Positions 38,441-47,605 of a stretch of 64,000 nt of DNA are shown here, piece by piece. Made by a program: the position numbers and the translations under genes. The DNA is from an uncultured virus (IMG/VR IMGVR_UViG_3300042889_002336). Taxonomy: Duplodnaviria; Heunggongvirae; Uroviricota; Caudoviricetes. The notes beneath the pieces are model-generated. The model saw nothing but the letters and a program-made list of their open reading frames with translations. It ran no database searches and was not told the DNA's origin. Within the stretch, counting starts at the first letter, position 1, and each line of letters starts with the position of its first letter. Location: IMG/VR virus record IMGVR_UViG_3300042889_002336. One strand, written 5' to 3'.

Positions 38441-41164
38441 TTATAATGTTTGTTTTAACCCTAATGCAGGTAATCTCTTACGCCATAATGTTAGTATCTC
38501 TTCTTTTTCCTTAGATGTAATTTTTTGAGCATCTAAGTATGTGTTTACAACATCTGCAAATGGTCTTTTTTCTTTTTTAGCTCTAAGGTACATTCCTTGT
38601 AGGTTTGCATCTACTTCTTTTGGTAAAAGAAAGTACTCTTTGTTTTTTAACAATTTTAGTTTGACTAAATCTCGTATGTACTGATCATCTTCCATGTACT
38701 TACCTGATTTTAGGTTATCAGAATCACTATGAGTTAAATGCTCTATTTCATGTCTAATAACATCTTTTAGATTCATGGAAATTTCTTCCCAAAATTCAGG
38801 TAGCATTGCAGGATCAATTTGGAAAGTTACCATAATAGCATCATCATATTCTCCTTCTGGTGAGTAGTCTGCTCCTCCGTCTACTTTAAGTTTCTTAGTA
38901 CCTGGTTTTAGTACTAGTGTAGCCTGTACATCGAAAGCTAAGTCATCTGATTCAATAAATTCACTAAAACTGGTGAGTTTACTACCTTCTTCTACTTCTC
39001 TTTTCCAGTGATTGAAAATAACACTACTAACTCGGTTTGTTATTGTATCATACCTTCCTTCTGCCATAACCTCTTTATTATTATTTTTTAATCCGTCTTC
39101 CCAATTTCTGAATGTGATATTACCTTTTAGGTAAGCTTCTTTTTCTATCTCTTGTAAGTAATCGTCCTCGTTTGTATTAGTAGTTCCAGCTAATCCTTCA
39201 AGTCTTCCTTCCATGTTTTGCATATGGTGAATCATTTCATGAGAGAATGATCTACAAACATCTTTAGGATGTCTATTCATTACATAGAGTACTACTTCTT
39301 GCTTGGTTGGATCATAGTAAGCTGTTTTACCAAAGAAGTCGTTTGCTTGTTTTTCGTCATACCTTATTTTTACTTCCGGTAATGGTGTAATATTCATCTT
39401 CTGATCTATCATATACTCTAAAAGAGATGCTATGTATGGTGTATAGTTAAATTTTTCCTGCTCTGCTCCTTCTGGTAGTCTCTTTTGTTGAGGTGTTTGA
39501 TCAAAGCTTACATCTGCATACGTTTTTATGTACACTCCTATTCTATCTTGCTCAAATACTACTGTATATTTGTCTGAATCAATAGTTGTTCTTAATTGAT
39601 CGAAAAGTTCTATTAAATCTTCTCTATCTTTTGATGGAATAGCTCCTGATGGCTGTATTGGTGTTCCTGCTGATCCTTCTTTTATTACTTCTTTCTTAAC
39701 TTTCTTTGGAAAGAAACTTTCAAATACATTATCTACCGCAGTTAACATTTTATCTTCTACTGAATCTTCTTGCTGTGGTGCTATGATATCTATGATTACT
39801 TGCTTATCTTCTTTTGATACTACTTTTGGAATCCATTTACCTTCTAATAAGAACTTTTCCGACTTTCTAATATCAGTTGCTGAGAATTTATCGTCCTCTT
39901 TGTTTGTGATGACAGGTAATTCTTTTACTTCTACGTTACTGTATTCACCTTTCTGCTTTTTCTTTTCTATTCCAGAGAATTTACCCATTTCATCAGCCAT
40001 AGCTCCTGTAATAATGTTTGTTACTTTGTCTTGATTTGCATCAATCCATTCATATGTATCTAATATTGGAGTTACTTTACTGATTACAATCTCCATTGGT
40101 ACATTTATGTATTTTGCATAGATTTCCCAAATAGCTTTTGATTGTTCTGCTGTAATTTTTACACCTTCTCTAATCTTAGGTCCGATAAATATTACAATTT
40201 TATCTGCTTTAGTAGATAGGAATTTAGCATTTTCAAAGTGAGCTAAATGCGGTGGTTTAAATCCTCCAGCATAAAGTGCTACTACTTCAGATCCATCATC
40301 TAAAGCTTCTGCAAGTGTTTGTGCTACTTTTTCTAATGCATCTTCTTTACCTTTTCCTTTGGCTGTTCCAACCTCTCCTGATTTAACAGATACCATTGAT
40401 TTAAAAATACCTGCTATTCTATTTTTAGATCTAGCATTTGTAAGTTTTTTAGCAACATCATCTAATAGATCTTCGAAAGAACCATCTATATTAAATCCTT
40501 TAAATAATATCTTAATAGTACCCCAAGCTGTTGTTGACCATACCTCTTCTCTTGCTATTTCTCTAAAGTTTTCTAGTTTTACTTTTCTTAAAGACAGTTT
40601 TACCGATGATAAGTTAAATTCAAACTCTTCACCTTTTTCTAGATTAGGTACATTTGATATACCCATTCTTCTAAATACATCTTGTGGGTCTTGTTCAAGT
40701 AAGATTACTTTTGCCAGTCCTATTAATAGTCCTTGCTTTTCAGCTGGTAAGTCTAAGAATGATCCTTTAAATGCATGCTCTTCTTCTGTAAGAGATATAA
40801 TATTATCAACCTGAATGTATTGATCTTCTTTTCCTACAATTGGATAGAGTACTGAGATTAGTTCACCTGAGTTATAGTACCTTCTTCCTGTATATTTTTC
40901 TGATTTAAAAGGTACAATTATGTTCTGCGGAAGAGCTAGAGCTGCATCGATAAGTCTTTGTTTAACTTCTCTCTTATCATCTCCTTCAAACCATACAATG
41001 ATGTCTAAGTCTCCAAAGTCAGCTTTTGTACCTGCTTTAACAGATCCTGATAGAGAAGCTTTTTTAAAGCCTGGTATTTTACTTAGAACTTCTTCTACGT
41101 ATTTGTTGAATGTATTATGTACATCCCCTCTTTCGATTCTATTTCCTCCTGCTACTCCTGACAT
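38441..41164 (-). CDS. Multidomain protein: Pol-beta-like nucleotidyltransferase + HxxH cytidylyltransferase-like domain + two HExxH metallopeptidase-like domains
   Basis: SGSVK....DFGDLD..QVD; YAGGFKPPHLAH...FSATDIR; HEMIHH; HEIEH. Confidence 0.65.
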   Translation of the reverse strand: MSGVAGGNRIERGDVHNTFNKYVEEVLSKIPGFKKASLSGSVKAGTKADFGDLDIIVWFEGDDKREVKQRLIDAALALPQNIIVPFKSEKYTGRRYYNSGELISVLYPIVGKEDQYIQVDNIISLTEEEHAFKGSFLDLPAEKQGLLIGLAKVILLEQDPQDVFRRMGISNVPNLEKGEEFEFNLSSVKLSLRKVKLENFREIAREEVWSTTAWGTIKILFKGFNIDGSFEDLLDDVAKKLTNARSKNRIAGIFKSMVSVKSGEVGTAKGKGKEDALEKVAQTLAEALDDGSEVVALYAGGFKPPHLAHFENAKFLSTKADKIVIFIGPKIREGVKITAEQSKAIWEIYAKYINVPMEIVISKVTPILDTYEWIDANQDKVTNIITGAMADEMGKFSGIEKKKQKGEYSNVEVKELPVITNKEDDKFSATDIRKSEKFLLEGKWIPKVVSKEDKQVIIDIIAPQQEDSVEDKMLTAVDNVFESFFPKKVKKEVIKEGSAGTPIQPSGAIPSKDREDLIELFDQLRTTIDSDKYTVVFEQDRIGVYIKTYADVSFDQTPQQKRLPEGAEQEKFNYTPYIASLLEYMIDQKMNITPLPEVKIRYDEKQANDFFGKTAYYDPTKQEVVLYVMNRHPKDVCRSFSHEMIHHMQNMEGRLEGLAGTTNTNEDDYLQEIEKEAYLKGNITFRNWEDGLKNNNKEVMAEGRYDTITNRVSSVIFNHWKREVEEGSKLTSFSEFIESDDLAFDVQATLVLKPGTKKLKVDGGADYSPEGEYDDAIMVTFQIDPAMLPEFWEEISMNLKDVIRHEIEHLTHSDSDNLKSGKYMEDDQYIRDLVKLKLLKNKEYFLLPKEVDANLQGMYLRAKKEKRPFADVVNTYLDAQKITSKEKEEILTLWRKRLPALGLKQTL

Positions 41165-41165
41165 A

Positions 41166-42074
41166 TTATACTTTATATTGTGTTAAGTTTGAATTATCTG
41201 GTAAGAACTTACCTTTTAATCCTAATCTTTCTTGATTTTCTATCCAATAAGATTGCAATTCTCCTGGTATATCTGCTCTTGTACTATCTAATATTTTTAA
41301 ATAAGTATCATATACAGCGTGTAAATCTTCCGGAGATAACCCCGCTTCCAGTGCTTCTGTTAATTTAAAATAGTCTCCTATCGTATCTCGATCTAGATTC
41401 AGACCATATACCTTATTCAAAAGGTCTATTGCTTGTTGCGGTTGATTTGCTACAATCTCTTGAGATTCTTTATCTTTTACCCCATAGTTATGAGAGAATG
41501 TATATCCTTTCTGAGAGAATAAAGATACAAGTAATTGTGTTCTATGCAATCCTTTTACGTTCCCTGAATATGTAGCTGAATGGTATGCAAACTGTAACCA
41601 ATCAACATCTCCTACATTTACGTCTATTTGAACGTTTTGGCCTACTACTTCTACGTTTTCATCATACTGAGGAAATAATAGGAATAGAGCTCCTGCTCCT
41701 GATCCTTTTACATCTGCTATGATTTCTGTATCCGCTTCTGCTATTTTTTGTGCTATTGCTACAATTACAGCTCTTTTTGTTAACTGATCATCTGTAGAGG
41801 TTCTAGCTCTCTTTTTAAATCCAACAAATAGGTCTTGAACATGTTTCTCATCTAAGCCCCAGTCGTTTATATCATCAAAGGATGACCCGGCAAGTGCTAG
41901 GTCAATATCCCCTGAATAGTCTTTCTTTCCTACAGATCCTAAAGTTTTCATTTCTCTAAAGAATGGTTCTGCTTTTGGAAATATAGTTTTGAACTGCTTA
42001 AAGAACTCTAATAGAGTAGGTTTAATATGTTCTTTTTTTATCGGTGCTGTACTACTAAATACGTTTCCTCCCAT
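41166..42074 (-). CDS. Pol-beta-superfamily nucleotidyltransferase-like protein
   Basis: LGSVGKKDYSGDIDL and VQIDV. Confidence 0.65.
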   Translation of the reverse strand: MGGNVFSSTAPIKKEHIKPTLLEFFKQFKTIFPKAEPFFREMKTLGSVGKKDYSGDIDLALAGSSFDDINDWGLDEKHVQDLFVGFKKRARTSTDDQLTKRAVIVAIAQKIAEADTEIIADVKGSGAGALFLLFPQYDENVEVVGQNVQIDVNVGDVDWLQFAYHSATYSGNVKGLHRTQLLVSLFSQKGYTFSHNYGVKDKESQEIVANQPQQAIDLLNKVYGLNLDRDTIGDYFKLTEALEAGLSPEDLHAVYDTYLKILDSTRADIPGELQSYWIENQERLGLKGKFLPDNSNLTQYKV

Positions 42075-42078
42075 ATTG

Positions 42079-42573
42079 TTATGCTTTACTTTCGTTTACT
42101 GAAAAAAAACTAGGGTCTGCTTTTAGGTTTGAATCTTTTTGCCAGATTTCGAACATAAAGTCACCAAAATATACTTCTAATTTACAAGTAAGACCTTTTG
42201 TATATTCCTCAAAATCTTCATCCTCTCCCATCAATTCTCCTGTTCCTGGATTAATATCGTCACTAAAGTTATATAGTACTTCCTCGTACTCATCTTGGTC
42301 TGGATCTTCTTCTAGTCTTTGTAATCTTTCTTGTTCTAGTATCTTTGCAAATTTACCACCTAACATAATTATAGGGTGATCCCCTTGTATTGTTAGTCCT
42401 GAGATCATTATTGCTCTTTCAGAAGGTACTGCTGTAATTGGTTTAGCTAAGTCTATATCTGCTTTTCTGAAAGCCTGTTCTACTGTCTCTCCTTCATATT
42501 CCTCTTTTAGTAGTTTTGAATTAGCAGTTAATTTATTCTCTACTAAGAACTTTTTCAAATCAAAGTTTTCCAT
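42079..42573 (-). CDS. Putative internal head protein (MENFxLKKFLVENKLT family)
   Basis: MENFDLKKFLVENKLTANSKLLKE. Confidence 0.65.
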   Translation of the reverse strand: MENFDLKKFLVENKLTANSKLLKEEYEGETVEQAFRKADIDLAKPITAVPSERAIMISGLTIQGDHPIIMLGGKFAKILEQERLQRLEEDPDQDEYEEVLYNFSDDINPGTGELMGEDEDFEEYTKGLTCKLEVYFGDFMFEIWQKDSNLKADPSFFSVNESKA

Positions 42574-42641
42574 CTTATTTATTTTACCTAAATATACGAA
42601 TATTCTTTTGAATATCCAACGATTATATTAAATAAATAGTA

Positions 42642-43424
42642 CTAAAGTTTGATAGTGGTCGGGTATGAAGAGAATTTAGGCTCTGTTGTTGGATTCTCTA
42701 TTTCGTATAATTTATAGATTAATTTGAATAATTCAAAGTTTTTTTCTATCTCATCTACTACTTTTAACTCCCATCCTTTACCTTGTATTTTTTTACCGCT
42801 CTTATCAGCTCCTCGAGTTGATGCTTTTAACCAAAGAATAGCTGTTCTGTCAATCTTAATTCCTTTTGTTTCTTCAATTGATTTAGCATAGGCTGCTAGT
42901 TGTAAGTCGTAGGATTTATGTAAATGGTTCGATGTCTTAAAGTCGATTAACCAATTCTCATCATTCATCTTTACAACGATATCGGCTGTTCCTGCATACT
43001 TGTGTTCATCTGAGTAAGTAAATTCTTCTGTAAAGATTAGTTCAGGTTTTGCTACATCCCAGAACTCTTTGAATTTCATAATCATTCCCCATACCAATTC
43101 ATTATAACGGGCATTACCGTAATCATCCATCCACTGGATTTCTTTACCTTCTAATAGTTCTTCGATTGCATTGTGAGTTTGAGTACCTTCATCTCCGGCT
43201 CTTCTCATTATAATGTCTGAGTTATGTCCTACATCTTTTAACCATGATTCAAAGAACTTATTCTTTGGCATGTATTGAAGTACTGTAGTAACTGAAGGAT
43301 AAAAGACTCCTTCCGATCGTTGATAAACCCTTCTATCTAAAAAATTAATCTGCTTTAATTCAGGTTTAAAGTCTAACCTTTTTTTGGCATGTTCTGATAG
43401 AACATTTTGTCCTTTTTGTATCAT
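42642..43424 (-). CDS. PD-(D/E)xK exonuclease (lambda-exo/Cas4-like fold)
   Basis: YPSVTTVL, GT.TH..IE, YAGTAD, LIDFKTS, QLAAY; start moved to MIQKGQ at 43424 to remove the overlap with the primase. Confidence 0.8.
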   Translation of the reverse strand: MIQKGQNVLSEHAKKRLDFKPELKQINFLDRRVYQRSEGVFYPSVTTVLQYMPKNKFFESWLKDVGHNSDIIMRRAGDEGTQTHNAIEELLEGKEIQWMDDYGNARYNELVWGMIMKFKEFWDVAKPELIFTEEFTYSDEHKYAGTADIVVKMNDENWLIDFKTSNHLHKSYDLQLAAYAKSIEETKGIKIDRTAILWLKASTRGADKSGKKIQGKGWELKVVDEIEKNFELFKLIYKLYEIENPTTEPKFSSYPTTIKL

Positions 43425-43425
43425 A

Positions 43426-44346
43426 TTATGATAGTTTGTAGCGGAGTAACTTTCCGAAGTCCATTTCCTCTGCCTGTTGTACATAACGAGTGAAGCCTGC
43501 AAAGCCCATCTCGCTTGGATCCTTATCTTGCATATCTACTAGATATACTTTCTTTCCCATATTCAGAAACTGTTCTGTATATGAGAGTGCTTTTTTAAAT
43601 GCATCCCTGTCTAGGGCTACGTATATATCTTCTACCTGACTTGATACTATCTTTTTTATCAAAGATTTTGATAAAGACTTACCAAGTATTGGTACTGCGT
43701 TTCTTTTTACTGCTATTGCATCAAATGCACCCTCTACAAGTACTATGGGCTGGGACCAGTTAATGAGGTTTTCGAACATTATAATATCTTTAGAAATCTC
43801 TGGACCTCTGTATTTATGGTATGCATCTTCGTAGGTCCTACCTACAAATGTATTTAGTTGGTTATTCTCATTATATGACGGAATAATTACTCTTCCGGCA
43901 TATTCTCCTGACGTACAGTACCCTATATTGTATTTTAAGAAGTCTCTATCGGTAAAACCTCTTTTATATAGGTATCTTCTTACTTTATTTGCTATAATAG
44001 ATGTATGAGATGCTGTATAAAGTGCTTGAAACTCTTTAGGAAGTTCTACAGAAGTTGTTGGAGCATACCCTATTTCGTCACCTTTTCTTACATATTTAAG
44101 TATTTCATATGCTTGTTCGGCAGGTACCTGTAACTGCTTAAGTAAAGACTTAATTGTACGTCCTTTAAGCCCACATACCCAGCATTCGAAAGGATTCTCT
44201 CCTTTTTCATTGGTATGCATGTTTACCTCTAGCTTTGGTTTATGATGATTGCATTTTGGACAAGTAAAAGCATAGTTTTCCCTAGCTCTTTTGTGGGATT
44301 TTCCTAAAACGTTCTCTATAAAACCTAATAAAATATTACTACTCAT
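43426..44346 (-). CDS. DNA primase (Zn finger + TOPRIM)
   Basis: CPKC...CWVC, YL..RG, RVIIP, VEGAFD, LDRD, KDPSE. Confidence 0.88.
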   Translation of the reverse strand: MSSNILLGFIENVLGKSHKRARENYAFTCPKCNHHKPKLEVNMHTNEKGENPFECWVCGLKGRTIKSLLKQLQVPAEQAYEILKYVRKGDEIGYAPTTSVELPKEFQALYTASHTSIIANKVRRYLYKRGFTDRDFLKYNIGYCTSGEYAGRVIIPSYNENNQLNTFVGRTYEDAYHKYRGPEISKDIIMFENLINWSQPIVLVEGAFDAIAVKRNAVPILGKSLSKSLIKKIVSSQVEDIYVALDRDAFKKALSYTEQFLNMGKKVYLVDMQDKDPSEMGFAGFTRYVQQAEEMDFGKLLRYKLS

Positions 44347-44380
44347 ATATGTACATAACCGATTGACATCTTAAGATACG

Positions 44381-44407
44381 AAAAAAGGCTCACATAAGCA
44401 AGCCTTT
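44381..44407 (-). terminator. Intrinsic terminator
   Basis: AAAGGCT/AGCCTTT stem with U-tract. Confidence 0.55.
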
Positions 44408-44431
44408 CTTTAGTTATTTTTACTCTACAGA

Positions 44432-45142
44432 TTACATCTTTCTTCCTGCATCTATTATAGCTTGCACTTGCCCTGCTAGATCTACATCCTCTTCCGCTAT
44501 TACTGAGTTTCTAGTAAAGCCATCTGTTGCTGCTGCTCCTGCCCCTATTCCAGCTAAAGCACCTACTATTACTGCCGCTGCAACTATTGGCAATGCTGCT
44601 GCTCCAGCTCCAATTGTACCTGCCATTATTAATGGTGCTATAAGAGTTGTTAATGCTGCTCCTGCTCCTGCACTTCTTAGTATCTGTACGATTGTTTTAT
44701 CTTTTTCTTTACGTCCTGAAGGATTATCATGGTATGCAGAATACTCGGCATTAGGACCGGATGATTTACCGCCTGAATACTGCCTTTGTTTTTCATTTGC
44801 AAAACGTACCATATCTTCATATGCTTTGTCTGAGTCGTATTTTGACCTAACTACTCCAAGTTCTTCGGCGGTTTTAATTTCTTCAGGAGAAAATGCTTCA
44901 CTAATATTCTCTGGTGCTTTAAAGTCACCGTCTACTATGTTAGCTGCTACCTTTGCTGCTTGTTTAGCTAATTGAGGATTGTTTGCTAATGTATCCTGCA
45001 GCTTTTGTACTTCCGGTTTATTTATTAAACCTCTTACTAAAGCTAAGTCGATACCTTCTACCTTATTTTCGCTTAATAATTTAGAATTGTTTGTTAATTT
45101 ATTCTCTACTAAGAATTTTCTTAAGTCAAATGTGTTTTCCAT
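44432..45142 (-). CDS. Tagged protein with C-terminal hydrophobic helices
   Basis: MENTFDLRKFLVENKLT; long A/G/L/I stretch near the C-terminus. Confidence 0.65.
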   Translation of the reverse strand: MENTFDLRKFLVENKLTNNSKLLSENKVEGIDLALVRGLINKPEVQKLQDTLANNPQLAKQAAKVAANIVDGDFKAPENISEAFSPEEIKTAEELGVVRSKYDSDKAYEDMVRFANEKQRQYSGGKSSGPNAEYSAYHDNPSGRKEKDKTIVQILRSAGAGAALTTLIAPLIMAGTIGAGAAALPIVAAAVIVGALAGIGAGAAATDGFTRNSVIAEEDVDLAGQVQAIIDAGRKM

Positions 45143-45585
45143 TATACGTCTATTACTTTTATATTACCATAATACCTATCTTGCATTATGTTATCCATCT
45201 TAATTGAACCTCCTGGTCCTTCTAAGTCTGGATATATTCCTAACATTTCTGCTTCTTCCATTATATCATCAATTGGAACATCTTGTTCAGATCCTGTAAA
45301 AGGTTCTAGATTATCCATTGTGATGATTCCTAGTTTTGGATTTCTAACCTCTACATCGTATATGTATACAAAGTATTTAGTCTTTTGTCCTTTTATTTGC
45401 TGTGCATCTTCTAATTCTTCTGAATCAGTAGTTACTTTTTTTACTTTATTTCCTACTAAGAATACTGCTCCATAATCTCCTTCTCCTAAATACTCTCCTC
45501 CTTGATCAACAATATCGTTAACAAGTTCTTGGTATTCTTGAGTTGGTGTGATTACCTCTTTTAGTATTCTGTAGATGCTAATCAT
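45142..45585 (-). CDS. Minimal protein-kinase-like protein
   Basis: LGEGDYGAVF Gly-loop, VKKVT Lys, E, D......DNIM, IKVID. Confidence 0.55.
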   Translation of the reverse strand: MISIYRILKEVITPTQEYQELVNDIVDQGGEYLGEGDYGAVFLVGNKVKKVTTDSEELEDAQQIKGQKTKYFVYIYDVEVRNPKLGIITMDNLEPFTGSEQDVPIDDIMEEAEMLGIYPDLEGPGGSIKMDNIMQDRYYGNIKVIDV

Positions 45586-45591
45586 TTATTC

Positions 45592-45996
45592 TTAGGTTAT
45601 ATCCATTTCGTAAGAACCAGCTTGAATACCTTTTGCTTTTAAAGCATCTACAATTTTAGATACTTCAGGGTCAGTGTAATCAGCTCTTTCTGGAAGATCT
45701 AATCCTGTAAGATTATTTATGATTTGGTTTGCTTCTTGGTAGTTAGATATTTTCTTATTATCTACATTTATTGAGTAGAATCTCTGGTTTGGGAAAGTAT
45801 AGCTAATATCAAGTCTTTGTATATTAGAAGCTTCTTCAGAAACAGATTCCTTTTCTTCGGTACCTTGCTTTGCAATTGTTGTTAAGATGTTTCTAAAATC
45901 ATCTGTAGTACCTCCTTTAGTCTCTCCACCTGGAGCATATTTTGAATATCCTTTTAATTCTTCTTGGATGATTCTTTTTAATTCAGATTTTTTCAT
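45592..45996 (-). CDS. Hypothetical protein (MKKSELK tag)
   Basis: Start moved to MKKSELKRIIQEE at 45996. Confidence 0.62.
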   Translation of the reverse strand: MKKSELKRIIQEELKGYSKYAPGGETKGGTTDDFRNILTTIAKQGTEEKESVSEEASNIQRLDISYTFPNQRFYSINVDNKKISNYQEANQIINNLTGLDLPERADYTDPEVSKIVDALKAKGIQAGSYEMDIT

Positions 45997-46006
45997 TATA
46001 TATGTG

Positions 46007-46582
46007 TTATAGTATTGATTTAATTGCTGGGTATGCATTTAATATTGCTTCATCTGCTTTAGCTACTGTCTTTAAAGAGGCTAATGCTCCTTGGAACCAT
46101 TCTGCTTTTGATAATCCGTTTACTGCTTCTGCTCCATACCCTGCTGCCATACTTGTAATAACAATTGCATAGATAGCTTTAGTTGTTGTTTCTAATGTAT
46201 TTGGATCTTTTATAAAAAACCCTAACACTCTCTTAATTGGAGATTGAAAAGCTTTTTCATTATCATGTGCCCAGTGGTGTATTTTTTCTGCAAAGTCTTC
46301 TCCTTTTTTCCAGTTAAGTCTTTTCATTAACTTAGCAGCCATTTTAGAAATAAACCCTATAAGTGCATTTCCTGTTAAAACTCCTGCAATTACAGTTGCT
46401 ACAATTGCTTCATCTAACTGACCTTCGTTCTGTTGCTTTTTATTCTTCAATTCAGACCCTATTGCTGTTGCAATACCGTTAGCAGTTGCCATTAAGTCTG
46501 TATCAAACTGTGCTTCTTCTGGTCCGTTATCCTGTATATTAAGTTCTTCTTTTATTAACTGTACTAGTTCCGATCTCTTCAT
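46007..46582 (-). CDS. Tagged protein with hydrophobic segments
   Basis: MKRSELVQLIKEE; AIVATVIAGVLTGNALIGFI. Confidence 0.65.
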   Translation of the reverse strand: MKRSELVQLIKEELNIQDNGPEEAQFDTDLMATANGIATAIGSELKNKKQQNEGQLDEAIVATVIAGVLTGNALIGFISKMAAKLMKRLNWKKGEDFAEKIHHWAHDNEKAFQSPIKRVLGFFIKDPNTLETTTKAIYAIVITSMAAGYGAEAVNGLSKAEWFQGALASLKTVAKADEAILNAYPAIKSIL

Positions 46583-46674
46583 TACTTATCTCTTTTATAT
46601 TCTTCTATGATTAAATACAATGCTAAGGTAACAACTGCTGCTATCCAATAATACGCTATGTTTCCTCCGTCCAT
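46582..46674 (-). CDS. 30-aa single-pass membrane peptide
   Basis: MDGGNIAYYWIAAVVTLALYLIIEEYKRDK; TAATG overlap with the next gene. Confidence 0.55.
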   Translation of the reverse strand: MDGGNIAYYWIAAVVTLALYLIIEEYKRDK

Positions 46675-46693
46675 TAGAATTTTATAGTTATTG

Positions 46694-46789
46694 TTACTTC
46701 TTTTTAGGTTTAATTATAAATAGTAAAGTATTTAATAGAATTGCAAAAGCACCTAATACTATTATGCCTGCTATTATATCCTGTATCAT
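46694..46789 (-). CDS. 31-aa single-pass membrane peptide
   Basis: MIQDIIAGIIVLGAFAILLNTLLFIIKPKKK; TAATG overlap with the upstream gene. Confidence 0.55.
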   Translation of the reverse strand: MIQDIIAGIIVLGAFAILLNTLLFIIKPKKK

Positions 46790-47046
46790 TAGTATTCTTT
46801 TATTCTTACATTTAACGTTCCTGTTCCTTTTATAAGTCTATGATAGACCTCTTTTGGTATAAAAATTTTACCTTCTAATACCTGCGGTAATTCATTATCG
46901 AATTGAAACATCCAATCGGTAGATTCTAATATCTCTACCTCTCTATCGTTTTCATCTCTATGCCATACAAACTCTTCTTCTGGGGTATCTTCTGTAAATT
47001 TTCTATAAAGATACTCTGATGTCTCTAACTGAAAATAAGGTCTCAT
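46789..47046 (-). CDS. Small cupin-like protein
   Basis: VWHRDENDREV...IPKEVYHRLIKG; start moved to MRPYF at 47046. Confidence 0.55.
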   Translation of the reverse strand: MRPYFQLETSEYLYRKFTEDTPEEEFVWHRDENDREVEILESTDWMFQFDNELPQVLEGKIFIPKEVYHRLIKGTGTLNVRIKEY

Positions 47047-47047
47047 G

Positions 47048-47605
47048 TTACCAGTATCCACTAAAGTTTCTACTACCTCCCAATGATTTCCAATATCTTC
47101 CGATATTACAAGCCCAGTATCCTGGTTTTGTTTTATCTTTTTTAGTAGCACATTTATGTCTAGCTGCAAAAGAAGATCTTGCTCCTGGCTCGTCGATCTT
47201 AACATTCAATCCTGTTGTACCTCCAAAAGATACTTTTACTACATTTCCTTTTTTATTTTTAGTATAAACGTAGAATTTTTTGGATCCGCCTCTTTTTGGT
47301 TTGTTTAAAGGAACATCTTTACCTCTGTATTCTGCTTCTTCAAGTTCTTCATCGACCATTGGAAGATCTAAAGGAACTTTCTGTCCTTCATACATTCCAT
47401 ACTCTCCAATATCTGTTAATTCTAGCAGTAGAATATCTTGTTCACTTAATACAATTTTACCGTCTCTAAAGGCTTGTCTTGCTTCAGCAAACAATTGTAT
47501 AAACGAGTCAGAGGAGTACCTGTAGACACATTCAGATAGTGTTAGCTTGTTGTCTAAATGGTACTGAAGGTTTGGTAATCCAACTATTTCCTGTAATCTT
47601 ATCAT
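47048..47605 (-). CDS. Hypothetical protein
   Basis: Basic C-terminal module after LEE: AEYRGK.V.LNKPKRGG.KKFYVY...SF.ARHKC.....PGYWAC. Confidence 0.7.
   Translation of the reverse strand: MIRLQEIVGLPNLQYHLDNKLTLSECVYRYSSDSFIQLFAEARQAFRDGKIVLSEQDILLLELTDIGEYGMYEGQKVPLDLPMVDEELEEAEYRGKDVPLNKPKRGGSKKFYVYTKNKKGNVVKVSFGGTTGLNVKIDEPGARSSFAARHKCATKKDKTKPGYWACNIGRYWKSLGGSRNFSGYW

Noticed and set aside
42642..47205. ORF-track starts at 43502, 46038 and 47205
   Set aside because: They create long overlaps with upstream genes; internal ATGs at 43424, 45996 and 47046 abut the upstream stops and give coherent proteins.
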